From assembly GCA_964270895.1 (NCBI GenBank), contig OZ185436.1: a stretch of 64,000 nt of DNA, one strand, 5' to 3'. The position numbers and the translations under genes are program-made. The notes under the pieces were generated by a model. It was not told the origin of the DNA. It was given only the letters and a program-made list of their open reading frames with translations, and ran no database searches. The stretch comes from Podarcis filfolensis (lineage: Eukaryota). Below are positions 13,511-24,738 of this stretch, piece after piece (positions within the stretch are counted from its first letter, which is position 1; each line of letters starts with the position of its first letter).

Positions 13511-14608
13511 CACTAAGCTCCTGACTCACTATTACTAGGATGCTGGAAAAGAAATGAAATCAATTGTAAAATTTCAGCACCCACTTTTCAGATGGCTGCC
13601 CAATGTAATTGGTGTAGAATTTTTTCATGTGTTTTGTGCAATTTTCTGGTTTAGTGCAAATCTATGGGATCAAAGGCTGGGGGTGGGTGGGGGAAATCCT
13701 GCATTCAGGAGTGCACCAAAAACAGTTACGGGCACAGCTGGAAAAGCAATGAAAGCACTGAGGAAGTAGCAGGCATGGAAAGGACAGTGGCAGAAAGTGA
13801 CAATTGATTTACCCATCCAAAACACACCAAAACAAATGATCTGCAACCCTGGGTGAAGTGGTTTGCAGCCAAATTTTCCCCAGTTTATCAAAGTATCCCC
13901 GTATTGCGTAAACCTAAATTTACAGGGGGAAAGCCCTGAGATTGGTGTTGTTTGAAGGTTACATCATGTGGACTAAGCAAATTAAATGGGGATGCAAACA
14001 GTTGCAAACACACTGAACTGTAGTGTGGACAAGCCTAGTGGTCCCACCCATACATTTCTCATCTGTTGCTTTTCCTATAGTTTGCACTACATCTGCAATC
14101 CTCTCTTTAAACAGGGACAAAAGATGGCATTGGTCTGGTGTACATCTCTTTGTTCCTGTCCTCGGCTTCTCCAAAATTCTGTGTCAGGTCATTATGCACC
14201 ATCTGTTTGTGTATGGCTAGTAACCCCCTTTCAACCTACTTCCCTGTAAGCAGAATGGCAGCACATAAATAAAGTTTGCTGCCCCTGATTTAACCCTTTT
14301 TATTGAGGGGAGTGTCTCAGTGCAACAGCAGCATTTCAGTAGGGGAAGTGGTGAATGGAGATCACAGGACAATGCTGAATGATAAGCAAACTATCAGTGG
14401 AAACAAAATGCAGAGATAGGAGAAACTCGACAAAAATTGAATGGGTGGTGCAATCATACCCTTAAATATTTCATCATGCAATTCCCCAGAGCATAAGAAT
14501 GAAGCTAGAGCATCCTCTTCCTTCCTGGAAGGTTAGTAAGAAGCTGAGAAGTCTTGTGTTTCCACATTTTAAATGTCATTCATGTTGCCCATTCTGTTTC
14601 TTTACCAG

Positions 14609-14717
14609 ACGGTCAGCAAACTTATCATCCAAGAAGCCAACGTTTCTGTCATGTACAAGTGTGCAGCCTCTAACAAAGTTGGCCGTGATGAACGGCTCAT
14701 CTATTTCTATGTAACTA
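14609..14717 (+). CDS. FLT4: FLT4 exon 12: [36 protein letters not shown]
   Basis: taccag| and A|gtgagt, 109 nt. Confidence 0.97.
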
Positions 14718-14859
14718 GTGAGTATCATAAAGCATGTATGTGTGTGGGGGGGCTGTCAATCCTTTGTCTTTCCTTCTGACCTTCGCTCACAGACCATTTG
14801 AATGGTTCATGAGTGTTTTTAAAAGCATTACTGCCATGATGTGCTCACAATCAGACAGC

Positions 14860-14863
<4 letters not shown>

Positions 14864-14906
<43 letters not shown>
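14864..14906. repeat. (GT)n microsatellite about 150 bp downstream of exon 12
   Basis: Seen directly. Confidence 0.95.
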
Positions 14907-14908
<2 letters not shown>

Positions 14909-15214
14909 ATATGGCCTCCTCAGGAACCGAAGATACAGATCACTGGAAGACATGGACCTTTTAATAAAGGCTAGTGGTGAATTATTTTTTTTTCTCAGAT
15001 TTCAAAATCTGTACAGTTTCAGATTATCAGATTTTTAATAATATAGGAGTTCCCTCAAACTTTGTCAAAACATTGAGTTTGAGGGTAAATCTCTAACTTT
15101 GGTTCTTATAGTTTAGTCAGTAGAGCCACACATTTGCCACCTCAATTTGTCTTTCATCATCATGATCAGAATTTGAGCTTTGTAGCTGAAAGATGAGTTT
15201 TCAAGTTGGGATTT

Positions 15215-15632
15215 CACAGAATCATAGAATTGTAGAGTTGGAAGGAACCCTGAGGGTCATCTAGTCCAACCCCCTGCAATGCAGCTGTCTCAACTGAAGC
15301 ATCCTTAACAAATAGCCATCCAACCTCTGTTTTAAAACTTCCAAGGAAGAAGAATCCACTGTCTGTAGAAGGAGACTGTTCCACTGTCAAACAGCTCTTA
15401 CTGTCATAAAGTTCTTCCAGACGCTTAGTTGGAATCTCCTTTCTTATAACATGAAGCCATTTCTTTGGGTCCTAACCTGGAGGAGGATAAAACAATCTTG
15501 CTCCATCTTCCAAGTGACAGCCCTTTAGATATTTGAAGATGGCTATCATATCTCCTCTCACTGTCATCTTTTCAAAGCTAAGCATACCCAACTCCCTCAA
15601 CTGTTCCTCATAAGGCTTGGTTTCAAGGCCCT
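15215..15632 (-). mobile_element. CR1 LINE 3' fragment
   Basis: (ATTCTATG)-type tail on the - strand; - strand reads ...ELGMLSFEKMTVRGDMIAIFKYLKGCH, matching the CR1 ORF2 C-terminus. Confidence 0.88.
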
Positions 15633-16635
15633 TTTGAAAAATTCACTTTGCAGATGTTTATATTTGAGCATTCATAGTTTCATTTGCGATTTCATTTTTT
15701 CAAACTGGCTTCATCTGTAACAAAAACATGGGCCTCCACCTCCTTAGTACAGTCTGCATCCAGAATAAAAAATATCCACTATAAGATGTTAAAAAGCCAG
15801 GCTGGTTTCCACTGCAAATAAGAGTATGCAAGAGATGTCCTGGAGCTAGAAAAGAGAAAATACAAACTCAGTTCCTCTCTCATGCTTCCTGTGAGCAGAT
15901 ATTTGCTAGTGAAGAGATCAAAGCTCTCTTCCACGAAAATGCTGGAGCATGCATTTCCCATGTGTTCCTGGTGCAGTAGCACCCCCTAGTGCCCTGTCGC
16001 TGAATAGACTCTCTGAATAGACTACATATTTAGGAAGTTGGGTTTTTGTCTCTTTAACAGATTTCTTCAACCAAGTTTGGGACTACAACTCCCAAGTTTG
16101 GGACTACAACTCCCAGCAGCACCCAGTGGACTGTGCTATGGAGTCAGCCTCCTGACACTGGTGTCACTTCCACTTCCCAGAGTAGAGCAGCACTGTGGCA
16201 AGGTTGGGGCTGCATGATTGCACTGGTGAGAGCTCCAGAGTGGCTCTGCTGGTGTGCCAACACAGCCCTGACCTTGCCACTCATAGTATAATAGTAAATC
16301 ATAGTATAATAGTAAATCATAAATCATATTATACTAAGTCATAGTATAATAGTAGTGATTTCCTCTTATCAGTGTTTGGATTGTAGCTTTATTCACTGGT
16401 GGCTTTTTCCATTCTTCTCTGTGTGTGGACAAAGCCAAACCTTTCATTCGGCATATTTGAAGCGACCATTGTGCATGCATTTAAATAAACACATACAAGT
16501 AAGTGGTTTCTCCCATTCCTTAACCATACAGCATTGAGCACATAGAATAGAATTCCATAAGCATAGCCTGAGACTGGTATTTCAGCTTTTGCAATTCCGT
16601 CACACATCTGTTTCCTTGTCTTGTTTTCCTGACAG

Positions 16636-16995
16636 CCATCCCAAATGGGTTTGAAATTGAATCGCAGCCTTCAGAAGAGCCCATTGAGGGGCAAGACCTG
16701 AGGCTAAGCTGCAATGCTGACAATTACACCTATGAGAACCTGCAGTGGTACCGACTCAACCTTTCGACGCTGCATGATGAAGAGGGCAACCCGCTGGTCT
16801 TGGACTGCAAGAATGTCCACCACTATGCGACAAAGATGCAAGGAGAGCTGCATTTCAAACCCAACTCCAATTACGCTGCTTTGACACTCACCATTCCAAG
16901 TATCTCACTAGAGGACGAAGGGGACTATGTGTGCGAAGTGCAAAACAGGGAGAACAGTGAAAAGCACTGCCACAAAAGATACATCTCTGTGCATG
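16636..16995 (+). CDS. FLT4: FLT4 exon 13 (Ig6): IPNGFEIESQPSEEPIEGQDLRLSCNADNYTYENLQWYRLN...HCHKRYISVH
   Basis: gacag| and G|gtaagg, 360 nt, open frame. Confidence 0.97.
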
Positions 16996-17316
16996 GTAAG
17001 GACCACTCTGAAAGTACTAGTCAGGTTAGTTGGCAGGACTTCATGATGCTGAAAGATGTATGGAAAAGAGAATGTGGTGGCAATGGCTATAGGGAATTGC
17101 AGCCACTAGGCTGCAGCCTAGATTGAGATATAATCTTTGGGCCATAGATTGATCCAGAAGGCACTTCTTTTTTGGATCATATATTCTTATTAGAATCCTG
17201 AGACAACATAGTTTGCACCAAAAGAAATAACAAGGGCAGGTGCTAGCCCTAATAGCTGGAGAAACATCAAGAAAAGGAGAAACTTAGACTAGGCGAAAGT
17301 AATAATTCCAATGCCA

Positions 17317-17370
17317 AATAAAATTATGTCCATTCATATGTCTGGTTTATTATTTCTGTATTTTTATGAG
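17317..17370 (+). terminator. Intronic poly(A) site in FLT4 intron 13
   Basis: AATAAA at 17317-17322, CA dinucleotides just downstream, then GU/U-rich tgtctggtttattatttctgtatttttt. Confidence 0.45.
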
Positions 17371-17660
17371 GCTGACTCATGATTTAAAATATCCAGTTTT
17401 ACAATAATAAGGTTCACAGTGGTCCTGAACACTCCAGGAGTCTCATACTGGCAACAGCAGGAATCTTGTTAAACTTCTTACTAAAATTTCAAATATTGTT
17501 TCATAATTAACAAAATGCCCCCTGTCACAGCTGTAGTCCAGCTATATCAGAAGGACCAAATGTTTCTCACCCCTGCTATAAAGTGTTTTTTCTTTACTGT
17601 TCTGCCAAACTGTTCTTTTGTGGTTGATCACCTTCATTTACCATAACATCCCTCTTTTAG

Positions 17661-17807
17661 CTCTAGAGGTCCCCAGGTTGAAGCAGAACCTGTCAAACAT
17701 CTTGGTGAATGTGAGTGATTCCATAGAGATGCGCTGTAAAGTGGATGGCACACATATTCCAAACATCAGCTGGTATAAGGATGAGAAGCTGGTAGAAGAG
17801 GTCTCAG
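17661..17807 (+). CDS. FLT4: FLT4 exon 14 (Ig7): [49 protein letters not shown]
   Basis: ttttag| and G|gtatgg, 147 nt. Confidence 0.97.
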
Positions 17808-18004
17808 GTATGGCTGGTTGAAGATATCTGTTGGGGAGGGAATGAGTGGCATATGAATTTTCCTGCTTCCTAGTGGAGCCTTGCAAGGCTCTGGGTTGGG
17901 ATATTCAAATTAAAATTCAGGCTGGGTTGTATGCCCAGGCAACGGTGTGTTGATGCATTCAGTTCAATAACATTCCAGGTGCCATACCAACACAAGTACA
18001 TTGG

Positions 18005-18215
18005 TGTAGCCAGTGTGATGTTGTGAACAGAGTGTTAGATTTGTACAAGGAAATCCCACCCAGCCATCAAGCTCTTAGGAAGATTTTGGATCAGTTGCTT
18101 TCTCTCATCTTACCCTTCCTCACAGAGCTGTTTTGATGATAAAATGAGAGTGGAGAACAACTCATGTGTGCCAGCACAAGCCTACTAGAGCAAGGGTGTA
18201 ATTAATTAATAAAGA
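18005..18215 (+). mobile_element. Old MIR-like/CORE tRNA SINE
   Basis: CCAGTGTG...AGAGTGTT head and CTCACAGAGCTGTT..GATGATAAAATG core; related - strand copies at ~59070-59255 and ~62752-62930. Confidence 0.55.
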
Positions 18216-18534
18216 CTTTCCATACTTCCTGCTTTGTTCCTCTGTGTGCATGTATCTGCCAACCTATACCAAGAGGCATTATCAGTTATAGCTGTAATTA
18301 ATGCACAGGAGCAGAGCAAATATAAAAGTTTATGCTACTGTAAGATGTTTCCGAAGAACAAGTAGGCAACACAGATGTTATTCCTGCAATTTAATTTAAG
18401 CTTCCTCTTCTCCACAAAAATAATTACTTGCATCTTCATTTTAAACTTAAATTGAATTACATTTATATGAATTACACTTATATCCTACCTTTCTTCCATT
18501 GTGGAACCCCAGGCAGCATACATGTGGAATCCTT

Positions 18535-18584
18535 GTGGTCACCCATCCAGGGATTGACCATACCCAGACCTGCTTAGCTTCAGC
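18535..18584 (-). mobile_element. 5S rRNA-derived (SINE3-type) fragment
   Basis: - strand CTGAAGCTAAGCAGGTCTGGGTATGGTCAATCCCTGGATGGGTGACCAC resembles the 5S internal control region GAAGCTAAGCAGGGTCGGGCCTGGTTAGTACTTGGATGGGAGACC. Confidence 0.7.
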
Positions 18585-19472
18585 GTCATGTGGCCTCATG
18601 TACCTTCAGCCCATCCCTTGGGAAATATGGGCAGCAATCCCAGGGAACTACTTGCATGCATGTAAAGGAACCACAGGCAATGCTTGAGCAGTCACTTCTG
18701 TTTTTGCTACTGAAATTCTGATAACTATGGGTTGGATAAGATTAAACAGCTTACCTCATCAGTTGTGTGCTTAAAAGCTACAGGAAAATATTTGACTACA
18801 TGGGCAGTTCCCATTCACCAAAGTAAATGGTGCATTTGGATCCCAGTTTCATTCTACTGACCTGCAGTGACAAACCAATCAATTTTAAAATCTTTCTTAG
18901 AGAAGATTTATGCCATAAAGATCATGGAGAAAACAATTTGTTCTATGGTTTGTTACTTTACCATTAATGTGTGTCATGTTATACTCTTTGACCACTGAAA
19001 ACCTCCACAAGCTTTTTCTATCTGTATAGCCTTCAGGATCTATCTAACTAGTTTCTGACTTTTATCCATAATGAGGTAGGCTAAAATAAATTCCAAAAGA
19101 AAATTGGGAATTGTAAGAGCTGCAAAAATTAAAGAGTTGCAGAACTGTGAATTGTGAAGCCACAACCTGTGATTTGTTTATATCTCCGTACTGGCACACT
19201 GCATTTTGTGAAAACTACGTACTGCATCTGGGGGCTACTCTTTCACAAATATTACTTCATTGCTGGGGGATGAGGCATATGAAAGTGACCAAGTGCTGAT
19301 TACAACAGCATGTGGCGAGCAGTGGTGAAAAGGACTGGTCCCAGTTTGATTTCCATACTCTAATTTTAGTCCAGGCCAAAGGCCTGAACTAGGCCAAAGG
19401 CCTGAGGATCCCAGCCCTCCCTAGACACCACTAGTTCACACCTGAAAGCCCTTCCCCTTCTGCCTGTTTCAG

Positions 19473-19604
19473 GAATTGACCTGGCAGATTCCAATCAGAG
19501 GCTGAGTATCCAGAGGGTGAGAGAAGAGGATGCTGGCCTTTACCTGTGCAGTGTCTGCAATGCCAAGGGTTGTGTGAATTCCTCCGCCAGTGTCTCTGTA
19601 GAAG
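19473..19604 (+). CDS. FLT4: FLT4 exon 15 (Ig7): [44 protein letters not shown]
   Basis: tttcag| and G|gtacta, 132 nt. Confidence 0.97.
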
Positions 19605-19915
19605 GTACTATTACTAACTTCAACCCCCTAAGCCTGCAGAGGGAAATGTTATTTGGATAGAAAGCAAAAGAAAGAAAGAGGGATCCCATCAGAATAAAGA
19701 CCATGCCGAGACAACAGTACAAGATTCATCTTCCTTAACCCAAACTATTAAAAAGAAATCCTATTCTCCTATATTTATCCCAACTGGAAGGAAATCCAGA
19801 ATATTCTCAATAATGTTTCCTCTGCTGTCTCTTGAAAATGCCCTTGGTTTTGTCATGTGCCTGCTTTAAACTTTATTCTCTTGCTAATTATTATGTGGTT
19901 CTTTCTGACCTGTAG

Positions 19916-20022
19916 GCTCAGATGACAGGACCAATGTGGAGATTGTGATCTTAATTGGGACAGGTGTCATTGCCATCTTCTTTTGGATTCTCTTAATCCT
20001 CATCTTCTGTAACATCAAGCGA
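19916..20022 (+). CDS. FLT4: FLT4 exon 16 (transmembrane): [36 protein letters not shown]
   Basis: ctgtag| and CGA|gtaagt, 107 nt, hydrophobic helix. Confidence 0.97.
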
Positions 20023-20985
20023 GTAAGTCTCCTGTGATCCTTCCAACAGAGCCTGATTTGGTGAACAGCAAACAGAATCACGAGCAAGAGATGATCCCAT
20101 AGAACCCATAGAACCTCAGGCCTGGGGCCCAAATGTGGCCTTCAATGACTCTCTATCTTGCCCTCTCCGCAGGCCACACCTCCTCACTGGCCAGTCTTCA
20201 TGCTTCAAGTGGTATTGCTTGGCTGGAAAATGTCCTTGAACTCTGATAGTGCCTTTTGCTAGCCTTGATGGGCGAGAGAGAGAGCTGTACAAGTTTATGT
20301 AGAAACAAGCCTATTACACAAAGGTCAAAATCCACCTCCACCCACTACTAGCATGTGGCCCTTGAAATGTTGCCCAGAAGGGAATGTGGCCCTCGGGATG
20401 AAAAAGGTTCCCCGTCCCTGCCACAGGATGGCTTTGTCTCCCTCCTCTACATTCCCACTGCCTTATGTTTGCAGTTCGCCCCATTCACTTAAGGCAGAAA
20501 AGTATCTGGTTTCCAGCAGAATGAGAAATCACCTTGGTAACCACCGCTGAATACAGATTGCATTGCCATGGGAGGGTAACCAAGGAAAGGCGGTATATAA
20601 ATGTAAAAAATAAATTAGGGCTCTCCTTTTTTAAATAACTGCAGACCCATAGAATCATAGAATTGTAGAGTTAGTTTCCTTTATTTCAACAGTCTGGTTA
20701 TTTTAGCTGAAGGATGAACCCTTGTTGTGTACAATTTCTTGTGAAGGAAATGATTTAGAGGGAAATGGATAAAATTGCAATATATCCTGAGCTAATAGTA
20801 ACAGTTTTCTTTCAACTGGGATGGGGGGACTGAGACATGGATGTTGAAATGTCAGACCATCTACTTTGCCCTTTTGCTTTGTCAAGCAAAGCCCAATGTA
20901 TAGGTTCAAGGCATGAGGAAAATTGCACAGTAATAGGGGCCCATTGCAAAACAACAGATTTACCAGCATCTGTCCCTCCCCGCAG

Positions 20986-21121
20986 CCTGCTCATGCAGAT
21001 ATCAAGACGGGCTACCTTTCTATTATCATGGACCCAGGTGAAGTTCCCTTGGATGAGCAATGTGAATACCTGCCCTACGATTCCAGCAAATGGGAATTCC
21101 CTCGGGAGCGACTTCGACTCA
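20986..21121 (+). CDS. FLT4: FLT4 exon 17 (juxtamembrane): [45 protein letters not shown]
   Basis: ccgcag| and A|gtaagg, 136 nt. Confidence 0.97.
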
Positions 21122-21714
21122 GTAAGGTTCAGCATGTTGTTTGCTGCTAAGTGAAGAATATGTTTAGTTCTTTCTTTTTTCTCTCCTTTCCAGCTTGCCA
21201 TTGCAAATCCAATTGCCATTTATGAAAGTTGGTTTGCACCACAAAATAACTAAAGAAGCCATTCTTTATTCAGTCTCAGAACGCAGCACTTTCTAGAACA
21301 GCCCATGCACCCAGCCTCTGTAGGGCTGCCAGAAATGCAGGCATTGATGGAACGATTATGAAGTTCTCATACCTATGCAGTATGGCCTCACCTTTCCCAT
21401 GCGCTCTGGTCAACAGCAGCAAAAACGACACCTCATTTTCAGCTATCTGTTTCCTTCCTCTGCTTTGTTGACTCTGCGCCTGTCTCACTTCCTCCCCTCT
21501 CTCTAAAAATACAGCCACCTGGAGATGGTGAAAATGCCATTCTTTCCTCTTCCTTTTTTCACACCTTTTCTTCTTTTTGTCCCAGTTTCCTGTTTTGTTT
21601 TGATCCCATTCAGTGACTGTTGCAGTCATTACATAAAATGAGTTCATCTAACTGGCCATATTTATTTTTTTTAACGCTGTCTCTCTTCTCCCCCCCAAAA
21701 CTTTCTTTTTTCAG

Positions 21715-21819
21715 GTAAAGTCCTGGGCCATGGAGCCTTTGGGAAAGTGATGGAAGCCTCTGCATTTGGAATTAATAAGAGTAACAGCTGTGAGACAGTG
21801 GCAGTAAAAATGCTCAAAG
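21715..21819 (+). CDS. FLT4: FLT4 exon 18 (G-loop, VAVK): (S)[34 protein letters not shown]
   Basis: tttcag| and G|gtaggc, 105 nt. Confidence 0.97.
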
Positions 21820-23364
21820 GTAGGCATGATAAATGACATCGAAGTATTACTTGTCTGTCTAGAAACATTCACTTAGTTAATATTTTCTTTCTGAAAGTCC
21901 ATTTCTCCATGATTTAAGCAAATTCCTCATCATCTCCCAACCCTAACCCCAATATGTACTTCTGCCAGCAGGATCTACTAAGCTGATCTTCCTCCGTAGA
22001 AGTAATTAGCTATAGCCTTTTCTGAATCTTCAGTTTCTTTGCCTTTGACTGTTTGTCAATCAGTAACTGCTAAACAGTGTCCCATTCCTCCCAATACAGC
22101 TGGGCAGGGAGTAAGGGGAAGGTGGCCTTCTTCAAACAGAGCTGACCTACAGAGGCTCTAAAAGTCAGATCAACATCAGATCCAATAAAGTGAGGGCAGA
22201 GAGGATTCTCCATAACCGGTTAATATAGATGACTCAAGTGATAACTTACTATAGCACGCATGGAACCAGTTGGTGAGCCAGCTGTTTATATTGGTAAAAA
22301 CCATTTTGTTATTGGATTATCAGATGGGTACTCAATACTATGGTAAGTTACCACTAGGTAAACTGTCATCTCTGTTCTCCCAGTGGGCCAATGAGTCTCA
22401 GAACAAAATGTTACAGTGCCCAAAGATTGATTACAGGAGAGAAAAAGATCAGCTGAGATAATGTAGATGATAACAAGGAGGAAACAGATGTAAGTGGCAT
22501 ACTCTAATGGAACAACAATAGAATAGTTAGCTCAGTAGACAAGAATAGCGTTGCTCAGATTCTCCAGGTAGGAACCTTCATATAGCAGCTGTTCAGGGAA
22601 ACCTCTGGGTATACCTTGCGCTGTTTGTCAGAATTAACCACGGTGCTGCAGTCAGGCATTAAGCTGTGGTTCCATCTGTTACAATCAGAACCAAAAAGAA
22701 TCCAAACCCCTTGAAATTAGAGCTTGCCATTAATGTTTGTAGTCATAATTTCAAATGGTCAAGAGCAATTCAGGTAGGGATTTCTGCAAAGGCCACCCAA
22801 TGTTCCTGTTTCATCTCCAGGGCTTGTGGACATCCACACTTGGCTTAGGGGACATGGGGGTGGGGGTGGGAAGTCTGGCTGCATGAGTATAACTTAGCAC
22901 TACACTGAATTCCATCCCATATTTATAATTATTTTTCTTAAGCTTTCTTAAGTTTCACTTATATAATAGCAGAGCATGACACATTTTAATGTACTGGCAC
23001 TGCCGTACAGGCCCAGTGAATGTATGATGGTGGCTGCATTGTATGGCATTCTTAAAGTTCAAGCCTATACATGTTTTCTTAGAAGCAAGTCCCATTGAGT
23101 TTAGTGTGAATACGTTTACTCCCAATGTACTGAGCTGAAAGAGACAGATATTTGAATAACAAAGCCTTTGCTGCACTGGTGTCAACAAACAAAAAAGAAC
23201 TTACTGTCAAGAGAAGTTGTCCATGCTATGTAGTTGCAAAGACTACGCTTTCCTCTCCTCTCTCTTACAAGATGGGATGCTGAATGAAGAAGTTAATATT
23301 TTGTTTTGGATGAATCATATCAAGCTCTGCAATGTAACATTTGCAAACAATTTCTTAAAGCAAG

Positions 23365-23367
23365 CTA

Positions 23368-23403
<36 letters not shown>

Positions 23404-23418
23404 ATCTATCATCTATCT
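23365..23418. repeat. (ATCT)n microsatellite
   Basis: Seen directly. Confidence 0.95.
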
Positions 23419-23510
23419 AATTCAGGAATGGTTTGGGGTGACAAACATAGATATGAGCTATCTGGATGCTAGAAGTGGCAATTAAGGGATAATTGTAACA
23501 TTGTTTTCAG

Positions 23511-23624
23511 AGGGAGCTACTGCAAGTGAACACAAAGCGCTTATGTCAGAGCTGAAGATCCTCATCCATATTGGAAACCATCTGAATGTGGTTAACCTGC
23601 TGGGTGCCTGCACCAAACCTAACG
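23511..23624 (+). CDS. FLT4: FLT4 exon 19 (alphaC): [38 protein letters not shown]
   Basis: tttcag| and G|gtaaat, 114 nt. Confidence 0.98.
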
Positions 23625-24738
23625 GTAAATATTGCAGCCAAAGCCAGGGAGGAGGGGGTTAACAGTGTGAATGCGGTTAGAAAGACATGGCACCAGCTTG
23701 GGATAGAAATAGCCACAACTCTATTGGCACAGGCATTGGGCATGGATCCTGAATCAGCTAACCCAATTGCTGACTGATGTCGCCATTAGAGTCATACAAG
23801 GTGAGAGGGTAGCCTCCACTGATGCAAATCTAACAAGGAAATCCCACCAGGATGCCATTCAGGATGTTCTGTGGTCCAGGTTTTTGGACAGAACCCTACC
23901 CCCTTTACCAGATTACCTTGAGTTTAGCCTGATATTTGGGGGGTGGAACACCTACCCAGCCCAAGCTTTTGACTAAGGAGGCAACCCAGTACCTTTTTTT
24001 ACAAAAGTTGTGACAGCTGCTATGAGGAAGGCAAAAAACCCCAAACTGGCCCGATACATCTGCAGGCAAATTCCTTCCTGCTCATGAATACGATGACTGA
24101 AAAATTCAACAGCAGGGTCCTGTACATGCACTGCCCTTTTCCCATTGGGCAAAGCCACAAAATACAGAGAGGGTGAGTGGGATATCCATTCCGGACTGTG
24201 CTGCTGGATAGTAATGTGGCCGACTTTTATGCCTTGCTGACATCAGCTAGATATGTGGGGTGATGACCTCCCACCCTTGGTCTCCCTAGTTCCGCACCAG
24301 GCCGCAACTGCTGCCACTGTCTTGACCACCTTGCATGTAAAAGAAAAATGGCATGAGAGCCATCCCACATTGTCCCTGTACAACAGAATAGGGAACCTCA
24401 GGCACAGAGGTCAAATATGGCCCTCCAGGCCACTCTTTCTGTCCCTTGAGACACTCCTGAAGCCACATTGCCCCTGCTCTGCTTCCTCCTTGAATGCTTT
24501 TACCAGGCTATAATGCATATTTGAATTCTGATCATGCTTCTTGCTCACCCTGATGGGGGGGGGTGTCAATAAATTAACATTTGTTGTGCCACCCACTTTT
24601 GCTCCTGGCCCTGCCCACCACTCCCTGTGGCCTTCAGAAGCTTGTCTAGAGAGGAACGCAGCTAGAAGAATGCCTTGCACAGGGTATATACCATGTGGGT
24701 AGTATGGTGTGAAAGACAAGGCAATCCAAATTTCTTAC

